Shown in pieces: positions 1 to 9,989 of a stretch of 64,000 bases of DNA (the stretch's first letter is position 1; each line of letters starts with the position of its first letter). Origin of the DNA: Limisphaera sp. (lineage in GTDB: Bacteria; Verrucomicrobiota; Verrucomicrobiia; Limisphaerales; Limisphaeraceae); the NCBI GenBank assembly GCA_025057755.1, contig JANWVC010000005.1:194071-258070 (forward strand), in the 5' to 3' direction. The position numbers were made by a program, and so were the translations under genes. The notes under the pieces are model-generated. The model was not told the DNA's origin and searched no databases. It was given only the letters and a program-made list of their open reading frames with translations.

Positions 1-154
1 CCACCAAAATCGGCTGTGGCAGAATCACTTCCTCATCCCCGCGTCGTACCCCTCCTTGTTTGATCATGGCCAGGATGGAACGGATGTAATGTTGGTTTGT
101 GCCCATCCGTCCCGTCACACCATTCATGATGATCCCGACAGAGCGTGTTTTCAT
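1..154 (-). CDS. Gfo/Idh/MocA-type oxidoreductase, N-terminal fragment (gene runs off the left edge)
   Basis: Hand translation of the reverse strand from the ATG at 154-152 gives MKTRSVGIIMNGVTGRMGTNQHYIRSILAMIKQGGVRRGDEEVILPQPILV. This is a Rossmann-type start typical of the family. It is absent from the ORF track because the window truncates it. It lies downstream of the cupin and TIM-barrel genes on the same strand. Confidence 0.5.
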   Translation of the reverse strand, partial: MKTRSVGIIMNGVTGRMGTNQHYIRSILAMIKQGGVRRGDEEVILPQPILV

Positions 155-256
155 GTTTAGTTCCAGCGTGGCGATGTCCTCGCAATTTGATTTTTTGGCA
201 CACCGATGCGTCAGCGAGCAGGGCAGGGGAGCGCCGCAGCGGCCTGCAAGTTGCGC

Positions 257-703
257 TCAAGAAGGTTTCTCCGTGCATTGAGGCCAGGCTCCCGGGGGCA
301 AAGGAGGTGCTTCCACTCCGGCCCGCGGCAAGGTCCCTTCCAACTCTTGCCGCCAATGGGCGACGTCCCCCGCCGGTCCGTAGCAATAGATCATTCGAAG
401 TGGGGTCTCGCCCAAATTGGTGAGCTGGTGGTAGACGCCGGGAGGAATGTAAACGGCTTGGCCGCTGGTCACAATCTGGCGTTCCTCACCCAGGCACATT
501 TCTCCAGTGCCCTCCAAAATGAAGTAAACCTCTTCCTGCTCTTGATTGTGCCATGGCACCTGCCCACCCTTGGGATCAAGTGTCACGTAACCCATGCAAA
601 AGTTGCGGCATTGAATGGGTGCCATGCCTCCCACAAGGTTTTGGGTCCGGCGTCGTGCAGGATAGCGGCGTCCCTCAATTTTCTGAAGATCTGAGATGAT
701 CAT
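257..703 (-). CDS. cupin-domain protein
   Basis: 148-aa ORF with cupin barrel motifs (VPWHNQEQEEVYFILEGTGEM ... AVYIPPGVYHQLTN). It sits between the sugar-isomerase and oxidoreductase genes on the same strand. Confidence 0.7.
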   Translation of the reverse strand: MIISDLQKIEGRRYPARRRTQNLVGGMAPIQCRNFCMGYVTLDPKGGQVPWHNQEQEEVYFILEGTGEMCLGEERQIVTSGQAVYIPPGVYHQLTNLGETPLRMIYCYGPAGDVAHWRQELEGTLPRAGVEAPPLPPGAWPQCTEKPS

Positions 704-907
704 GGCTTGACACGCTTATCCGTCTTTAGGGAAGTGGTCAAGCATCACTGAAGGACTTCTGTTGACCTCCTGTGCCCCGGCGCCGTTCGTGCCTGCTAAA
801 AGCTGGCAGGCGCACTTGCAGTCCTGGACGCCAGCGGCGAGGCCCCAAGAACCAAACTAGCCACGCAGGTCACAAACAGGTCGCGTCAGGCGGAGAAACG
901 ATTCGAC

Positions 908-1822
908 TTACGGGAAGAATGGCCGCAGGATCTGACCAGCCACCTGGACGGCTCGTTTGCGTCCTTCCAAGGTTGGCCCGAACGTGTCGTCTTCCACCTC
1001 AATACAGATCGGGCCCGCATAACCGATTTCATATAACTTGGCCATGAAGCTGGCCCACAGGATCTGGCCAAAACCCGGAATTCGGGGCGTATGCCAAAGT
1101 TTGGGGAAGGCAAACGCGCCAACCTCATCGAGCTTTTCTTGGTGAATCTGCACATCCTTGGCATGAATATGGAAGATCTTCTGTTTGAACTCTCCTAAGG
1201 GCCGGATCGGGTCCATTCGTTGAAGAACCAGATGGGACGGATCATAATTGAGCCCAAAGTAATCCGAGGGAATTTCCTCAAACATACGCCGCCAAATGGC
1301 CGGCGTCGTGGCCAGGTTTTTGCCCCCTGGCCATTCGTCCCGCGTAAACAGCATGGGGCAGTTTTCGATGCCAATGCGAACGTTATGATCCTCGGCAAAA
1401 GCAACCAAGGGTTTCCAGATCTTCAAGAACCGCGGCCAGTTTTCATCCACGCTCCGCTGCCAATCGCGACCGATGAAGGTGTTAACTTGACGGACGCCCA
1501 ACAGGCTGGCGGCGCGGATCACGCGCTTCAGGTGTTCGACCGCAGCCCGCGAGACGCTCGGGTTTGGATCCAGTGGATTCGGGTAATAACCAAGGCCGCT
1601 CAGCGAGACACCGTGTTGAGAACAAAGTGCATTAATGTCATCTGCTTGCGCTTGCGTAAAACCTGTCACGTCAATGTGCGTTACGCCGGCGAATCGGCGT
1701 TCCGCCTTGCCGACTGGCCAGCACATGACCTCCACGCATCGAAAACCTTCGGCTGCAGCAAAGGCCAACAGCTCGTTCAGCGTTAGCTCCGGCAGAATGG
1801 CAGAGACGAATCCTAGTTTCAT
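908..1822 (-). CDS. sugar phosphate isomerase/epimerase (xylose-isomerase-like TIM barrel)
   Basis: The ORF-track frame is 908..1930. I place the start at the ATG at 1822 ([32 protein letters not shown]...), because the 36 upstream codons are Arg/Ala-rich and not protein-like. Family hallmarks IGIENCP, HIHAKD and IEVED are present. Confidence 0.8.
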   Translation of the reverse strand: MKLGFVSAILPELTLNELLAFAAAEGFRCVEVMCWPVGKAERRFAGVTHIDVTGFTQAQADDINALCSQHGVSLSGLGYYPNPLDPNPSVSRAAVEHLKRVIRAASLLGVRQVNTFIGRDWQRSVDENWPRFLKIWKPLVAFAEDHNVRIGIENCPMLFTRDEWPGGKNLATTPAIWRRMFEEIPSDYFGLNYDPSHLVLQRMDPIRPLGEFKQKIFHIHAKDVQIHQEKLDEVGAFAFPKLWHTPRIPGFGQILWASFMAKLYEIGYAGPICIEVEDDTFGPTLEGRKRAVQVAGQILRPFFP

Positions 1823-2149
1823 CGTGATCGCTCGGGTTGCGGTCTTGTTCCTCTGAACCATGACAATCCAGCCGAGCCGCCCTGCGACCCTTCTAGCGGC
1901 TCGAGGCTTCTTTGGCAACGCCTTTTGCAAGGTGGACCTGGCTTTGCCTCACACCAGCCCCATCTATCGCAGGACGGAGGCTTGATGCCGCTTGGTTGAC
2001 CGACGTCTACGGAAGTCCGTCGCGCCAACCACTCACTCCTCGCGTGGTCGAGGAACGGGTCACACGGATCGGCTGCTGTTTGATCTTTTCTTCCCGGCTT
2101 TCAGAGTTATGTTGAAGGTTCAATAAGGCATAAGCGAGCGACCGAAACC

Positions 2150-3949
2150 ATGGGAATGGATCCGAGCCAGATTCGGAACTTTAGCATTATCGCCCATGTG
2201 GACCATGGGAAAACGACGTTGTCGGATCGATTGCTGCACCGAACGGGGACCATTTCGGACCGAGAGATGCAGGACCAGCTCTTAGACTCCATGGATTTGG
2301 AACGAGAACGGGGCATTACCATCAAGGCGCACCCTGTGACCATGTATTACACAGCGCGCAATGGCCGACGTTACGAACTGAACCTGATCGATACTCCAGG
2401 TCACGTGGATTTCTCCTACGAGGTCTCGCGCAGTTTGAGGGCCTGCGAGGGGGCGTTGCTCGTCATCGATGCAGCGCAGGGCGTGGAAGCCCAAACTGTG
2501 GCCAACGTTCACCTGGCCATGAAGCAAAACCTGGTCATCATCCCGGTCATCAACAAAATTGATTTACCCCATGCGAACGTTCCATTGGTCCGACAACAAC
2601 TCGAGGACATTTTGGCGATCCCCGCCGAGACGGCGATCTTGGCCAGCGCCAAGGAGGGAATTGGAACTGATGAGATTCTCGAGGCCATCGTCGAGCGCAT
2701 CCCACCTCCGCAGCCTACCGGGGCCCCCAGCGTGCAGGCGCTGGCTTTTGATTCCTACTTCGACACGTATAAGGGTGTAGTGGTCTATGTCCGTTTGTTT
2801 AACGGTGAACTCCGGCCGGGAATGCACATCCGCCTGTTGCACTCAGGCCGCACCTATGAGGTCAAAGAGGTCGGAAGCTTCAACCCGAAACCCTACGTGC
2901 GGGACTCTCTCGGCGTCGGAGAGACCGGTTACGTGGCTGCCAATATCAAAAGTCCTTCCGAGGTCAAGCTGGGCGACACCATCACGGACGCCCGCGTGCC
3001 TTCGCCCGCCCTGCCTGGTTTCCAGGAGGTCCGGCCCATGGTGTTCAGCGGCATTTATCCCATTAATACCGCTGATTATGAACATCTCAAGACAAGTATG
3101 GCCAAACTCCAGCTCAACGATCCGGCCTTTGTCTATCAGCCCGAAACGAGCGTGGCCCTCGGATTCGGCTTTCGATGTGGCTTTTTGGGTTTGCTGCACA
3201 TGGAAATTGTGCAGGAGCGTCTCCGGCGGGAATATGGTTTGGACATCATTGCCACTTACCCGAGTGTGGTCTATCGGGTTCACTTGACCAACGGGACCGT
3301 TAAGGAGGTGGACAATCCGGCCCACATGCCGGAGCCCAATTACATCGATCGAATCGAGGAGCCCATCATTCGCGCTTACATCCTCTGTCCAAATGAGTAC
3401 ATCGGAGACCTGCTGACTTTGATTACGGAACGTCGAGGACATGTGGAGAATACTGAGACTCTGGATCCCCGTCGGGTGATGCTCATCGCCTGGCTGCCCT
3501 TAAACGAGATCTTAATCGACTTTCACGATCGCATCAAAAGTGTCACCCATGGGTACGGTTCCATGGATTATGAACATGCGGGCTACGTAGCGGCGGACAT
3601 GGTCAAACTCGACATGCTGGTCAACGGGGAACCCGTTGATGCCTTTTCTTGCATTGTTCATCGGGACAAGGCTGAGGGCCGTGGGCGTCTGCTGGCTGCC
3701 AAACTTAAAGAAGTCATTCCGCGTCAGCAGTTTCAAGTGGCGATTCAGGCTGCCATCGGCGGTCGCATCATCGCACGAGAAACAGTGAGTGCCTTGCGCA
3801 AGGATGTCACAGCCAAGTGCTACGGAGGGGATGTCACTCGTAAACGCAAACTGTTAGAGCGCCAGAAGGAGGGTAAAAAGCGCATGAAAGCCATCGGTTC
3901 GGTACACATCCCACAGGAGGCCTTCATCGAAGTGCTGAAAACGGCCTAA
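2150..3949 (+). CDS. lepA: elongation factor 4 (LepA)
   Basis: 599-aa ORF with translational GTPase motifs [15 protein letters not shown] and NKID and a LepA-type C-terminal region. lepB follows, as in the classical operon. Confidence 0.97.
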   Translation: MGMDPSQIRNFSIIAHVDHGKTTLSDRLLHRTGTISDREMQDQLLDSMDLERERGITIKAHPVTMYYTARNGRRYELNLIDTPGHVDFSYEVSRSLRACEGALLVIDAAQGVEAQTVANVHLAMKQNLVIIPVINKIDLPHANVPLVRQQLEDILAIPAETAILASAKEGIGTDEILEAIVERIPPPQPTGAPSVQALAFDSYFDTYKGVVVYVRLFNGELRPGMHIRLLHSGRTYEVKEVGSFNPKPYVRDSLGVGETGYVAANIKSPSEVKLGDTITDARVPSPALPGFQEVRPMVFSGIYPINTADYEHLKTSMAKLQLNDPAFVYQPETSVALGFGFRCGFLGLLHMEIVQERLRREYGLDIIATYPSVVYRVHLTNGTVKEVDNPAHMPEPNYIDRIEEPIIRAYILCPNEYIGDLLTLITERRGHVENTETLDPRRVMLIAWLPLNEILIDFHDRIKSVTHGYGSMDYEHAGYVAADMVKLDMLVNGEPVDAFSCIVHRDKAEGRGRLLAAKLKEVIPRQQFQVAIQAAIGGRIIARETVSALRKDVTAKCYGGDVTRKRKLLERQKEGKKRMKAIGSVHIPQEAFIEVLKTA

Positions 3950-3997
3950 GATCCTTCAACCCGTCAGTTCGAATACCCACAATTTTTTGTGTAACCC

Positions 3998-5158
3998 ATG
4001 TTTTTTTTGCGGTGGCTGCTATTCCGATCGGTGCGTGAGGCGCATAATCTTTGCCGGCACGTTGACCGGTTGACCCATGCTCAAGCAGACCTCTTGCCAC
4101 CCGAGGGCTTGGAAGCCCTGCGTCGGGCGACGCGAAAACTCCGGGAGGCCCTCCAAACGGGGGCCGCACGTGCCGTTTTGCGGGAGCGATCCGAGGAGGT
4201 GGAGCAAGCGGCCCACCGTTGGCTGATTCGATATCCTTACCCCCGACTGCGAGAGAACTTCGAGGTCATGCTAGTGGCCCTGGCAGTAGCGATGGCCATT
4301 CGCACCTTCTTTCTTCAGCCGTTCAAGATCCCGACCGGCTCAATGCAGCCTACACTGTTCGGGGTAACCTCGCTGAACCTTCTGCAACATCCCGAGGTTC
4401 GCCCGCCCACCGGATGGAAGCGTGTAAAGGAATGGTTCGCCGGAGTGTCGTACGTCAAGCTCGTGGCAAAGGCAGATGGTCCGATCCAACGGGTCGATCC
4501 GCCTCTAAGACTGTTGTTTTTCAACTTGAAACAAACACTGTGGATCGGAGGTGTTCCTCACACGCTCTGGTTCCCGCCCGATACGGGTCAGGTGGACATT
4601 GCCACCCGGGGTGGGGTGCGACCGGGCCAGTTTTTCCGGAAAGGTGACGTGGTCCTGTTCGTCCGTGTACAGAGCGGGGATCATTTGTTTGTGGACCGGA
4701 TGACATACAATTTTCGCCCGCCGCGTCGCGGAGAGATCATCGTGTTTGAGACAGCTGGCATAGCAGGGCTGCCCCAAGATCAATACTACATCAAACGCTT
4801 GGTTGCACTGGGCGGTGAACGTGTCCAAATTGGAGCTGACCGTCATCTGGTCATCAACGGCCGTCGATTAAACCACCTGGTGCCCGGCTTCGAACTGGTT
4901 TATAGTTTTGATCCTGCGGAGCCCCCGCGTGACAGCCGATACTCAGGTCATGTCAATCATCCTCAACTGGCAGAACTGTTCTACACTCATCCGGAGGGAG
5001 TTACGGTGCCTCCACGCCACTACATGGTCATGGGCGATAATACGCTCAACAGTCTGGATTCCCGAAACTGGGGTGCTTTCCCGGCCCGCAACGTTATCGG
5101 CCGATACTGGTTTGTCTATTGGCCCATCACAGAGCGATTTGGGTGGGCGCCGAAGTGA
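3998..5158 (+). CDS. lepB: signal peptidase I with a long N-terminal cytoplasmic extension
   Basis: 386-aa ORF with S26 boxes GSMQPTL (catalytic Ser), GDHLFVDR, YIKRLVALGGERV (catalytic Lys region) and GDNTLNSLDSRNWG. Confidence 0.9.
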   Translation: MFFLRWLLFRSVREAHNLCRHVDRLTHAQADLLPPEGLEALRRATRKLREALQTGAARAVLRERSEEVEQAAHRWLIRYPYPRLRENFEVMLVALAVAMAIRTFFLQPFKIPTGSMQPTLFGVTSLNLLQHPEVRPPTGWKRVKEWFAGVSYVKLVAKADGPIQRVDPPLRLLFFNLKQTLWIGGVPHTLWFPPDTGQVDIATRGGVRPGQFFRKGDVVLFVRVQSGDHLFVDRMTYNFRPPRRGEIIVFETAGIAGLPQDQYYIKRLVALGGERVQIGADRHLVINGRRLNHLVPGFELVYSFDPAEPPRDSRYSGHVNHPQLAELFYTHPEGVTVPPRHYMVMGDNTLNSLDSRNWGAFPARNVIGRYWFVYWPITERFGWAPK

Positions 5159-6056
5159 CGACGCGCAACACCCCCAAGGCTCTCGCCAGATCGCTCTCGC
5201 AAGACCAGGGGGTTAACGGCGTGCAACGTACACAGCCGGCTGTCTTCGGTTTACGATCGTTTCCATCCATGGCCAACAGGCAGCCGCATCCGACTTTGAG
5301 ATGCGTCTGGCATTTTTCCGGCTCCGTGCGAAACAGGGCGGGGGACTCCGCCGCTAATACTGGCCAAAGCACCAGCCTTTATCCCAAGGCGATTGCAAGC
5401 AGCATGCGTTGGCATCCATTGGCGCGTTCTGATCCGCCAAGCCTGCCTCTCATGCCAGCCAGCCTGTCAGCACTTGGCGTCGCATCTTCCTCACCGGGCG
5501 ACGAATGGTAGGTTTCAAAGCCGTTGTTGGTTTTGATATTATTCGAGCCTTCTGAGCTTTGTTTTGACTGTCGGCGCTAGCTGAGATGTCGCTGCACCTT
5601 GAAACACGCCTTGGCCCCGGCACTGCGACGGTCTTCGGCGGGTAGCCAGCTCAAGAAAAATCTATGCGCTCTGGAGCATGGGTTCCGCTCATCTTGCATG
5701 CCCCCTGCTGCACCGACTCTATTGGAAGGCACGCTGACACCGAAAGGCACCATACCGCCCGCTGAGAGCCGGTGCATTGCTCAGCCAGAATGCTCTCGAT
5801 CGTCCTTGACCACACTTCATTCCAATACCAGCAGTTGCAAGATAATAAATTCAGCACAATATATGTTCCATTGCATGTTGAGCGCGTCTTTCGTTACCGC
5901 TCAGGCCGCAAACTGCGGGTTTGACAGTTCAAGGCGGATAGAGGTTGTGATGGGCCAAACCAGTCAAGGCTTTCTTTCCACCTCAATGTGCGGTGAAGAT
6001 CGTTTGAGGTAATGCTGGTAATTTCGAAGGCTGTATCTGACGTAGCAGCACATGGG

Positions 6057-6686
6057 TCACCGGCGGAGGAACTTGGCGACGGCTTCGGTTCGGGTTCGGA
6101 CCTGTAATTTCTCGTAAATGCGGCGGATGTGGGTGTGAACAGTCTCGTAGGAGATACCAAGTTTTTCTGCGATTTCCTTGTAAAGAAATCCTTGTGCGAG
6201 GAGGTCGAGCACTTCACGTTCGCGTGGAGAGAGTTCCGCGGCGGGTTCAGTTGGCTTGGGGACGGGTTTTTGGAAGGACTGGACCACTTTGCGAGCGATG
6301 TGGGTGGTCATCGGCGAGCCGCCTTGGACGACGTCGCGAATCGCCTGGAGGAGCTCGGTGCGTGTGGAGCGTTTGAGAAGGTAACCGGTGGCGCCCGCCG
6401 CCAAGGCATTGAAAATGTTGTCTGTATCCTCGTAAACGGTCAGCATGATGAACTGGGTCTCGGGACATTGTTCTTTAAGACGGCGGACACATTCCACACC
6501 GTTGAGGCCAGGCAGATTGATGTCCATGAGCACCACGTCGGGTTTGATCTGAGGCACGGCTCTCAGGGCGTCCTCGGCGGATGCAAACGATCCGACACAT
6601 TCGAACCCTTCCGTGCGTCCAATGACACGGGCTAAGGTTTCTCGCAGTTTTTCGTTGTCTTCGACGATGGTCACCTTGATGGGCAT
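6057..6686 (-). CDS. NarL/LuxR-family response regulator
   Basis: 209 aa. It has a receiver domain (VVLMDINLPGLNG) plus a LuxR-type HTH (REREVLDLLAQGFLYKEIAEKLGISYETVHTHIRRIYEKL). Confidence 0.92.
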   Translation of the reverse strand: MPIKVTIVEDNEKLRETLARVIGRTEGFECVGSFASAEDALRAVPQIKPDVVLMDINLPGLNGVECVRRLKEQCPETQFIMLTVYEDTDNIFNALAAGATGYLLKRSTRTELLQAIRDVVQGGSPMTTHIARKVVQSFQKPVPKPTEPAAELSPREREVLDLLAQGFLYKEIAEKLGISYETVHTHIRRIYEKLQVRTRTEAVAKFLRR

Positions 6687-6819
6687 GGTGAAAAAACTGC
6701 TGCGATTCGCGATCAGACTCGTTCCCGAGGTTCAAGAGGCCACACATCCACGTTGCGCGAGCAAGGGCGACACAAGTGGTTCCGGATGGTTGATGGCAGT
6801 TTACCTGCCAGTCGAAGGC

Positions 6820-9800
6820 TCATGAACCAAGGCGAGCGGTGGGGAACTCAAGGCGGACGGTGGTCCCCTGCCCTGTTTGAGAAACGATTTCGAAGCGGCC
6901 ACCGATTTCCTGCATGCGTTTTTGCATATTAACCAAGCCATGGCGACCCCGGTCCAACGCGTCCCCCGGCAGCCCACGGCCATCGTCCTGAATCTCCAAC
7001 ACGGCACGTTCATTGTCGAGTCGGAGTCGCACGTGCAGGCATTGCGCTCTGGCGTGTTTGACGGCGTTGTGAATGGCTTCTTTGGCCGCAAGGTACACAT
7101 TATGCCGAACTTCAGGGGGTAGAGACCGGTCGGGGAGAGGGGGGACGTCAAGGCGATAACGCAGTCCGGCAAGCGCAAGGTATTCCTGCGCATACTTGCA
7201 AACATAATTCACGAGGCCCTCCAGAGAGTCGTGGGCAGGGTTGGTAGCCCAGACAATCTCATCCAGAGCACGGGTAGTTTCACGGGCGGTCTCCGTGATT
7301 TGGCGGGCATGCGTTTCCACTTCTGTGGGGTTGTGTTTATCGGTTTCGAGCAATTCACTCAACAAGGCCACTTGAACGAGGTTTGCGCCGAGCTGGTCGT
7401 GAAGATCTCTGGCGATACGCGCTCGTTCGCGTTCCAGTGCCTGCTGGTGTCGTAACTGACGTCGCAACCGTGCTGTAGAGATCCAGTGGACCGTCCCGAC
7501 AACGCTAGCCGTGACCACCACGATGGCTGCAGCCAAGAACCATGGTTTGCGCCACAAGGGGGGCTGCACTGTGATAGACAGGCGGGCAGGTGCCAGGCTC
7601 CAGACACCATCCTCGTTCGCAGCGCGAATTTCGAACTGGTACTGACCCGGAGGCAACCGAGCGTATCGTACGGAACGGCTGCTGTCGGCGCCCGTCCAAG
7701 TGTTGTCGTAACCGAGCAACCTATGTTCAAATCGGGCGCGATCTGCCGCACTGAGGCTAAGGCTGGTGAAATGAATTTCCAAACGACGTTGTCCCGGAGG
7801 CACTGTGCATAGGGGCGGTTCTTGAGACCTCAAGCCCCGAATCCAAACGGGATTTCCGTCCAACCAAATTGACTCGATCACGACAGGCGGAGGGGAAAGG
7901 TTGGGGCGGAGCTCTTGTGGGTGGACGGACACCACCCCCTTGACCGTGGCAAACCAGAGACGACCATCCGTTCCTACGGCTGCTGCGGGTTGGGAGCCTT
8001 GCGTGCATTCGGTGGTGGGCAATCCATCGGCTGGGCCATACACGCGGCCAACCAATTGGGTCTGAGCCCCTTGACTTACAGCCTCCCACATTTGTCGTGG
8101 CAATCGCAGTAAACCTCCGTTGGAGCCGATCCACAAGGCATCTTCCTGATCTTGAAGCAGGTAGCTCACGCTGTTGCCGGGCAAACCATCTCTCGTAGTG
8201 AAGCGCCTCCATTGTCCCTGCCCAAACAATATCAGGCCATGTCCGGGTGTCCCGATCCACACATTGCCCATGCGATCCAACCACAAACAAGCAATGTCAT
8301 CTACAGGCAATCCGCTTCCCGATCTTGCCCATCGCTCGACCCTGCCATGCTCAATGCGGTACAGGCCTCCGCCGACTGTTCCGACCCATAGACCGTCTTG
8401 GTTGTCCGGCGTTATAGCGCGCACGGGTTCCGACCCCAGTCCCTCCGGAGAGCGCCACCAATGCCAACGGCCTTGGTGATAACTGACCAGGCCAGCCTGG
8501 GTGCCGAACCAAAGTCGGCCCGCATGGTCTTCTGCGATTGCACTGATAGCCGTCAAGAGAGCCGCCGGGCCCGGCACGCGCTCGAACCGCTCACCAGTCC
8601 GTCGAAATAATCCGCTGCCTGTTCCCACCCAGACCTGGCGCTGATGATCGACCCAAACGGCCGAGACGTTTTGTTCATAGGGTGTGACCAATCCATGGTC
8701 TGGGCCGAAAAGCACCAAGACATCCCTTGTTCGCAAAGCCAGGCCACGGGTAAAGCCCATCCAGACGTTACCCTCTGGATCACAACAGACAGATTGGGCT
8801 ACAACCGCATTGGGAAGCACTTCCCGACGGAAACGCTTCTTCCGAACGCGATGGAGTCCTCCGCCATCTGTGCCCACCCAAAGGTTCCCCTCTCGATCCA
8901 TCGTCAGGGCCAAAATGCCCTCTGCGGCCAACCCATCGGAAGCCCCAAGGCGCGTGAACTGACCCTCTGGGTCAAACCAGTACACACCGTCCCCACTGCT
9001 CTCATCCAAGGTTCCAACGATTAAGTTGCCCTCCAAGTCTTCACACGCCGCAGAGGGACGCGCATTGGAACGCCACGGGTAGGGGCCTAAATCGCGGATC
9101 ACCTCATTCCCTCGGCATAGCATGATTCGCCCCTCAACCAAGCGCCAGTGGCCGCCCGTTCGACTCGAGAGCAACAAGTCGAGTCGCCGAACAGGCACCA
9201 CCAAACTCACAGGCAAGTCGGGCGGTGTAATCCTATCGACGGGGCTGACGGCGGCCAGTTGCTGATCCGAGCCCACCCATAGCCGATCTGTTTCCACCGC
9301 CAAACTACGGCAGTAACTTGGCAACTCAGTACCCAGCCGCCAGATGTTCATTTGTCCATTGTACAGGCGCCCCAACTGCCCGTCTGCTGTATAGAACCAT
9401 ACTGCACCCACGCGATCTTGAACAACGGCCCGAAGACAGCCGTCGCGGGTGCGGCGTCCAATGTCCACACGGCGCAGCCCATCCGGTCGAGCCCAAAAAA
9501 CGCCGGCGTTCTCGGTCCCGATCCAAAAGTTACCCTCACGATCCTCATGCAAAAGCACGATCCGGCTGCTTTCCAAGCCCGGCGTGTTTACTGAATCAAA
9601 CACTGTGAATCGTCGGCCATCAAATCGCACCAGCCCATTCAATGTGCCTGCCCAAAGGTAGCCGTTTTGGTCTTGAATCACGGTCAAAACGGAACTTTGG
9701 GGGAGCCCTTCTCCCGTGCTCCAGTTCTCCACTAAAAAGGGGGAATCTGGGGGTGAGGTCACGGCAGCTCGCACAGCTGCAACCGCATAAAGCCATCCGA

Positions 9801-9927
9801 CCTGAAGCCAGGTCGCCCAAGTTTTGGACCGCCTCCCCTGCTGCCATTTCACGAGCCTGATTCTCACTCGGGAAGGTTCCCTATGTAAAGCGACACTCGA
9901 GGATGAGAGCGAAGCCGTTTGGCCCAA
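6820..9927 (-). CDS. sensor histidine kinase with periplasmic double beta-propeller and Y_Y_Y module
   Basis: 1035-aa ORF with about 13 propeller repeats (YLWAGTLNGL, NFWIGTENAG, NLWVGTDGGGL, RLWFGTQAGL ...). These are followed by an Ig-like Y_Y_Y module (GQYQFEIRAANEDGVWS), a TM helix, a HisKA_3 H-box (RIARDLHDQLG) and an HATPase_c domain (AIHNAVKHA, DDGRG, GHGLVNM). There is no in-frame ATG near the 5' end, so initiation must be at TTG 9927 or at GTG 9867 or 9852. Confidence 0.85.
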   Translation of the reverse strand: MGQTASLSSSSVALHREPSRVRIRLVKWQQGRRSKTWATWLQVGWLYAVAAVRAAVTSPPDSPFLVENWSTGEGLPQSSVLTVIQDQNGYLWAGTLNGLVRFDGRRFTVFDSVNTPGLESSRIVLLHEDREGNFWIGTENAGVFWARPDGLRRVDIGRRTRDGCLRAVVQDRVGAVWFYTADGQLGRLYNGQMNIWRLGTELPSYCRSLAVETDRLWVGSDQQLAAVSPVDRITPPDLPVSLVVPVRRLDLLLSSRTGGHWRLVEGRIMLCRGNEVIRDLGPYPWRSNARPSAACEDLEGNLIVGTLDESSGDGVYWFDPEGQFTRLGASDGLAAEGILALTMDREGNLWVGTDGGGLHRVRKKRFRREVLPNAVVAQSVCCDPEGNVWMGFTRGLALRTRDVLVLFGPDHGLVTPYEQNVSAVWVDHQRQVWVGTGSGLFRRTGERFERVPGPAALLTAISAIAEDHAGRLWFGTQAGLVSYHQGRWHWWRSPEGLGSEPVRAITPDNQDGLWVGTVGGGLYRIEHGRVERWARSGSGLPVDDIACLWLDRMGNVWIGTPGHGLILFGQGQWRRFTTRDGLPGNSVSYLLQDQEDALWIGSNGGLLRLPRQMWEAVSQGAQTQLVGRVYGPADGLPTTECTQGSQPAAAVGTDGRLWFATVKGVVSVHPQELRPNLSPPPVVIESIWLDGNPVWIRGLRSQEPPLCTVPPGQRRLEIHFTSLSLSAADRARFEHRLLGYDNTWTGADSSRSVRYARLPPGQYQFEIRAANEDGVWSLAPARLSITVQPPLWRKPWFLAAAIVVVTASVVGTVHWISTARLRRQLRHQQALERERARIARDLHDQLGANLVQVALLSELLETDKHNPTEVETHARQITETARETTRALDEIVWATNPAHDSLEGLVNYVCKYAQEYLALAGLRYRLDVPPLPDRSLPPEVRHNVYLAAKEAIHNAVKHARAQCLHVRLRLDNERAVLEIQDDGRGLPGDALDRGRHGLVNMQKRMQEIGGRFEIVSQTGQGTTVRLEFPTARLGS

Positions 9928-9989
9928 TCATGTCCGCAGGAGCCAATGTGGTATGGAAATCCGTTCGACCCAACGGCAGCAAAGCTCGT

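Noticed and set aside
33-386. 117-aa minus-strand ORF and the overlapping plus-strand ORFs at the left edge.
   Set aside because: They overlap the cupin C-terminus and the start of the truncated oxidoreductase in the wrong frames. Their composition is implausible.
3998-4012. A T8 homopolymer immediately after the lepB ATG (ATGTTTTTTTTG) as a possible slipped-strand phase-variation switch.
   Set aside because: lepB is essential. The tract simply encodes Phe-Phe-Leu in frame, and nothing else suggests contingency behaviour.
5159-6056. Tested this gap for RNase P RNA (GAGGAAAGTCC and ACAGAA..CGGCTTA boxes), tmRNA (GGGG...TTCGAC start, T-arm plus CCA end, tag ORF) and SRP RNA (GGAAGCAGCC region).
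   Set aside because: None of the consensus boxes is present on either strand. GAGGTGGAAAGAAAGCC on the reverse strand is only a superficial resemblance to P4. The gap stays as an unexplained region, not a named RNA.
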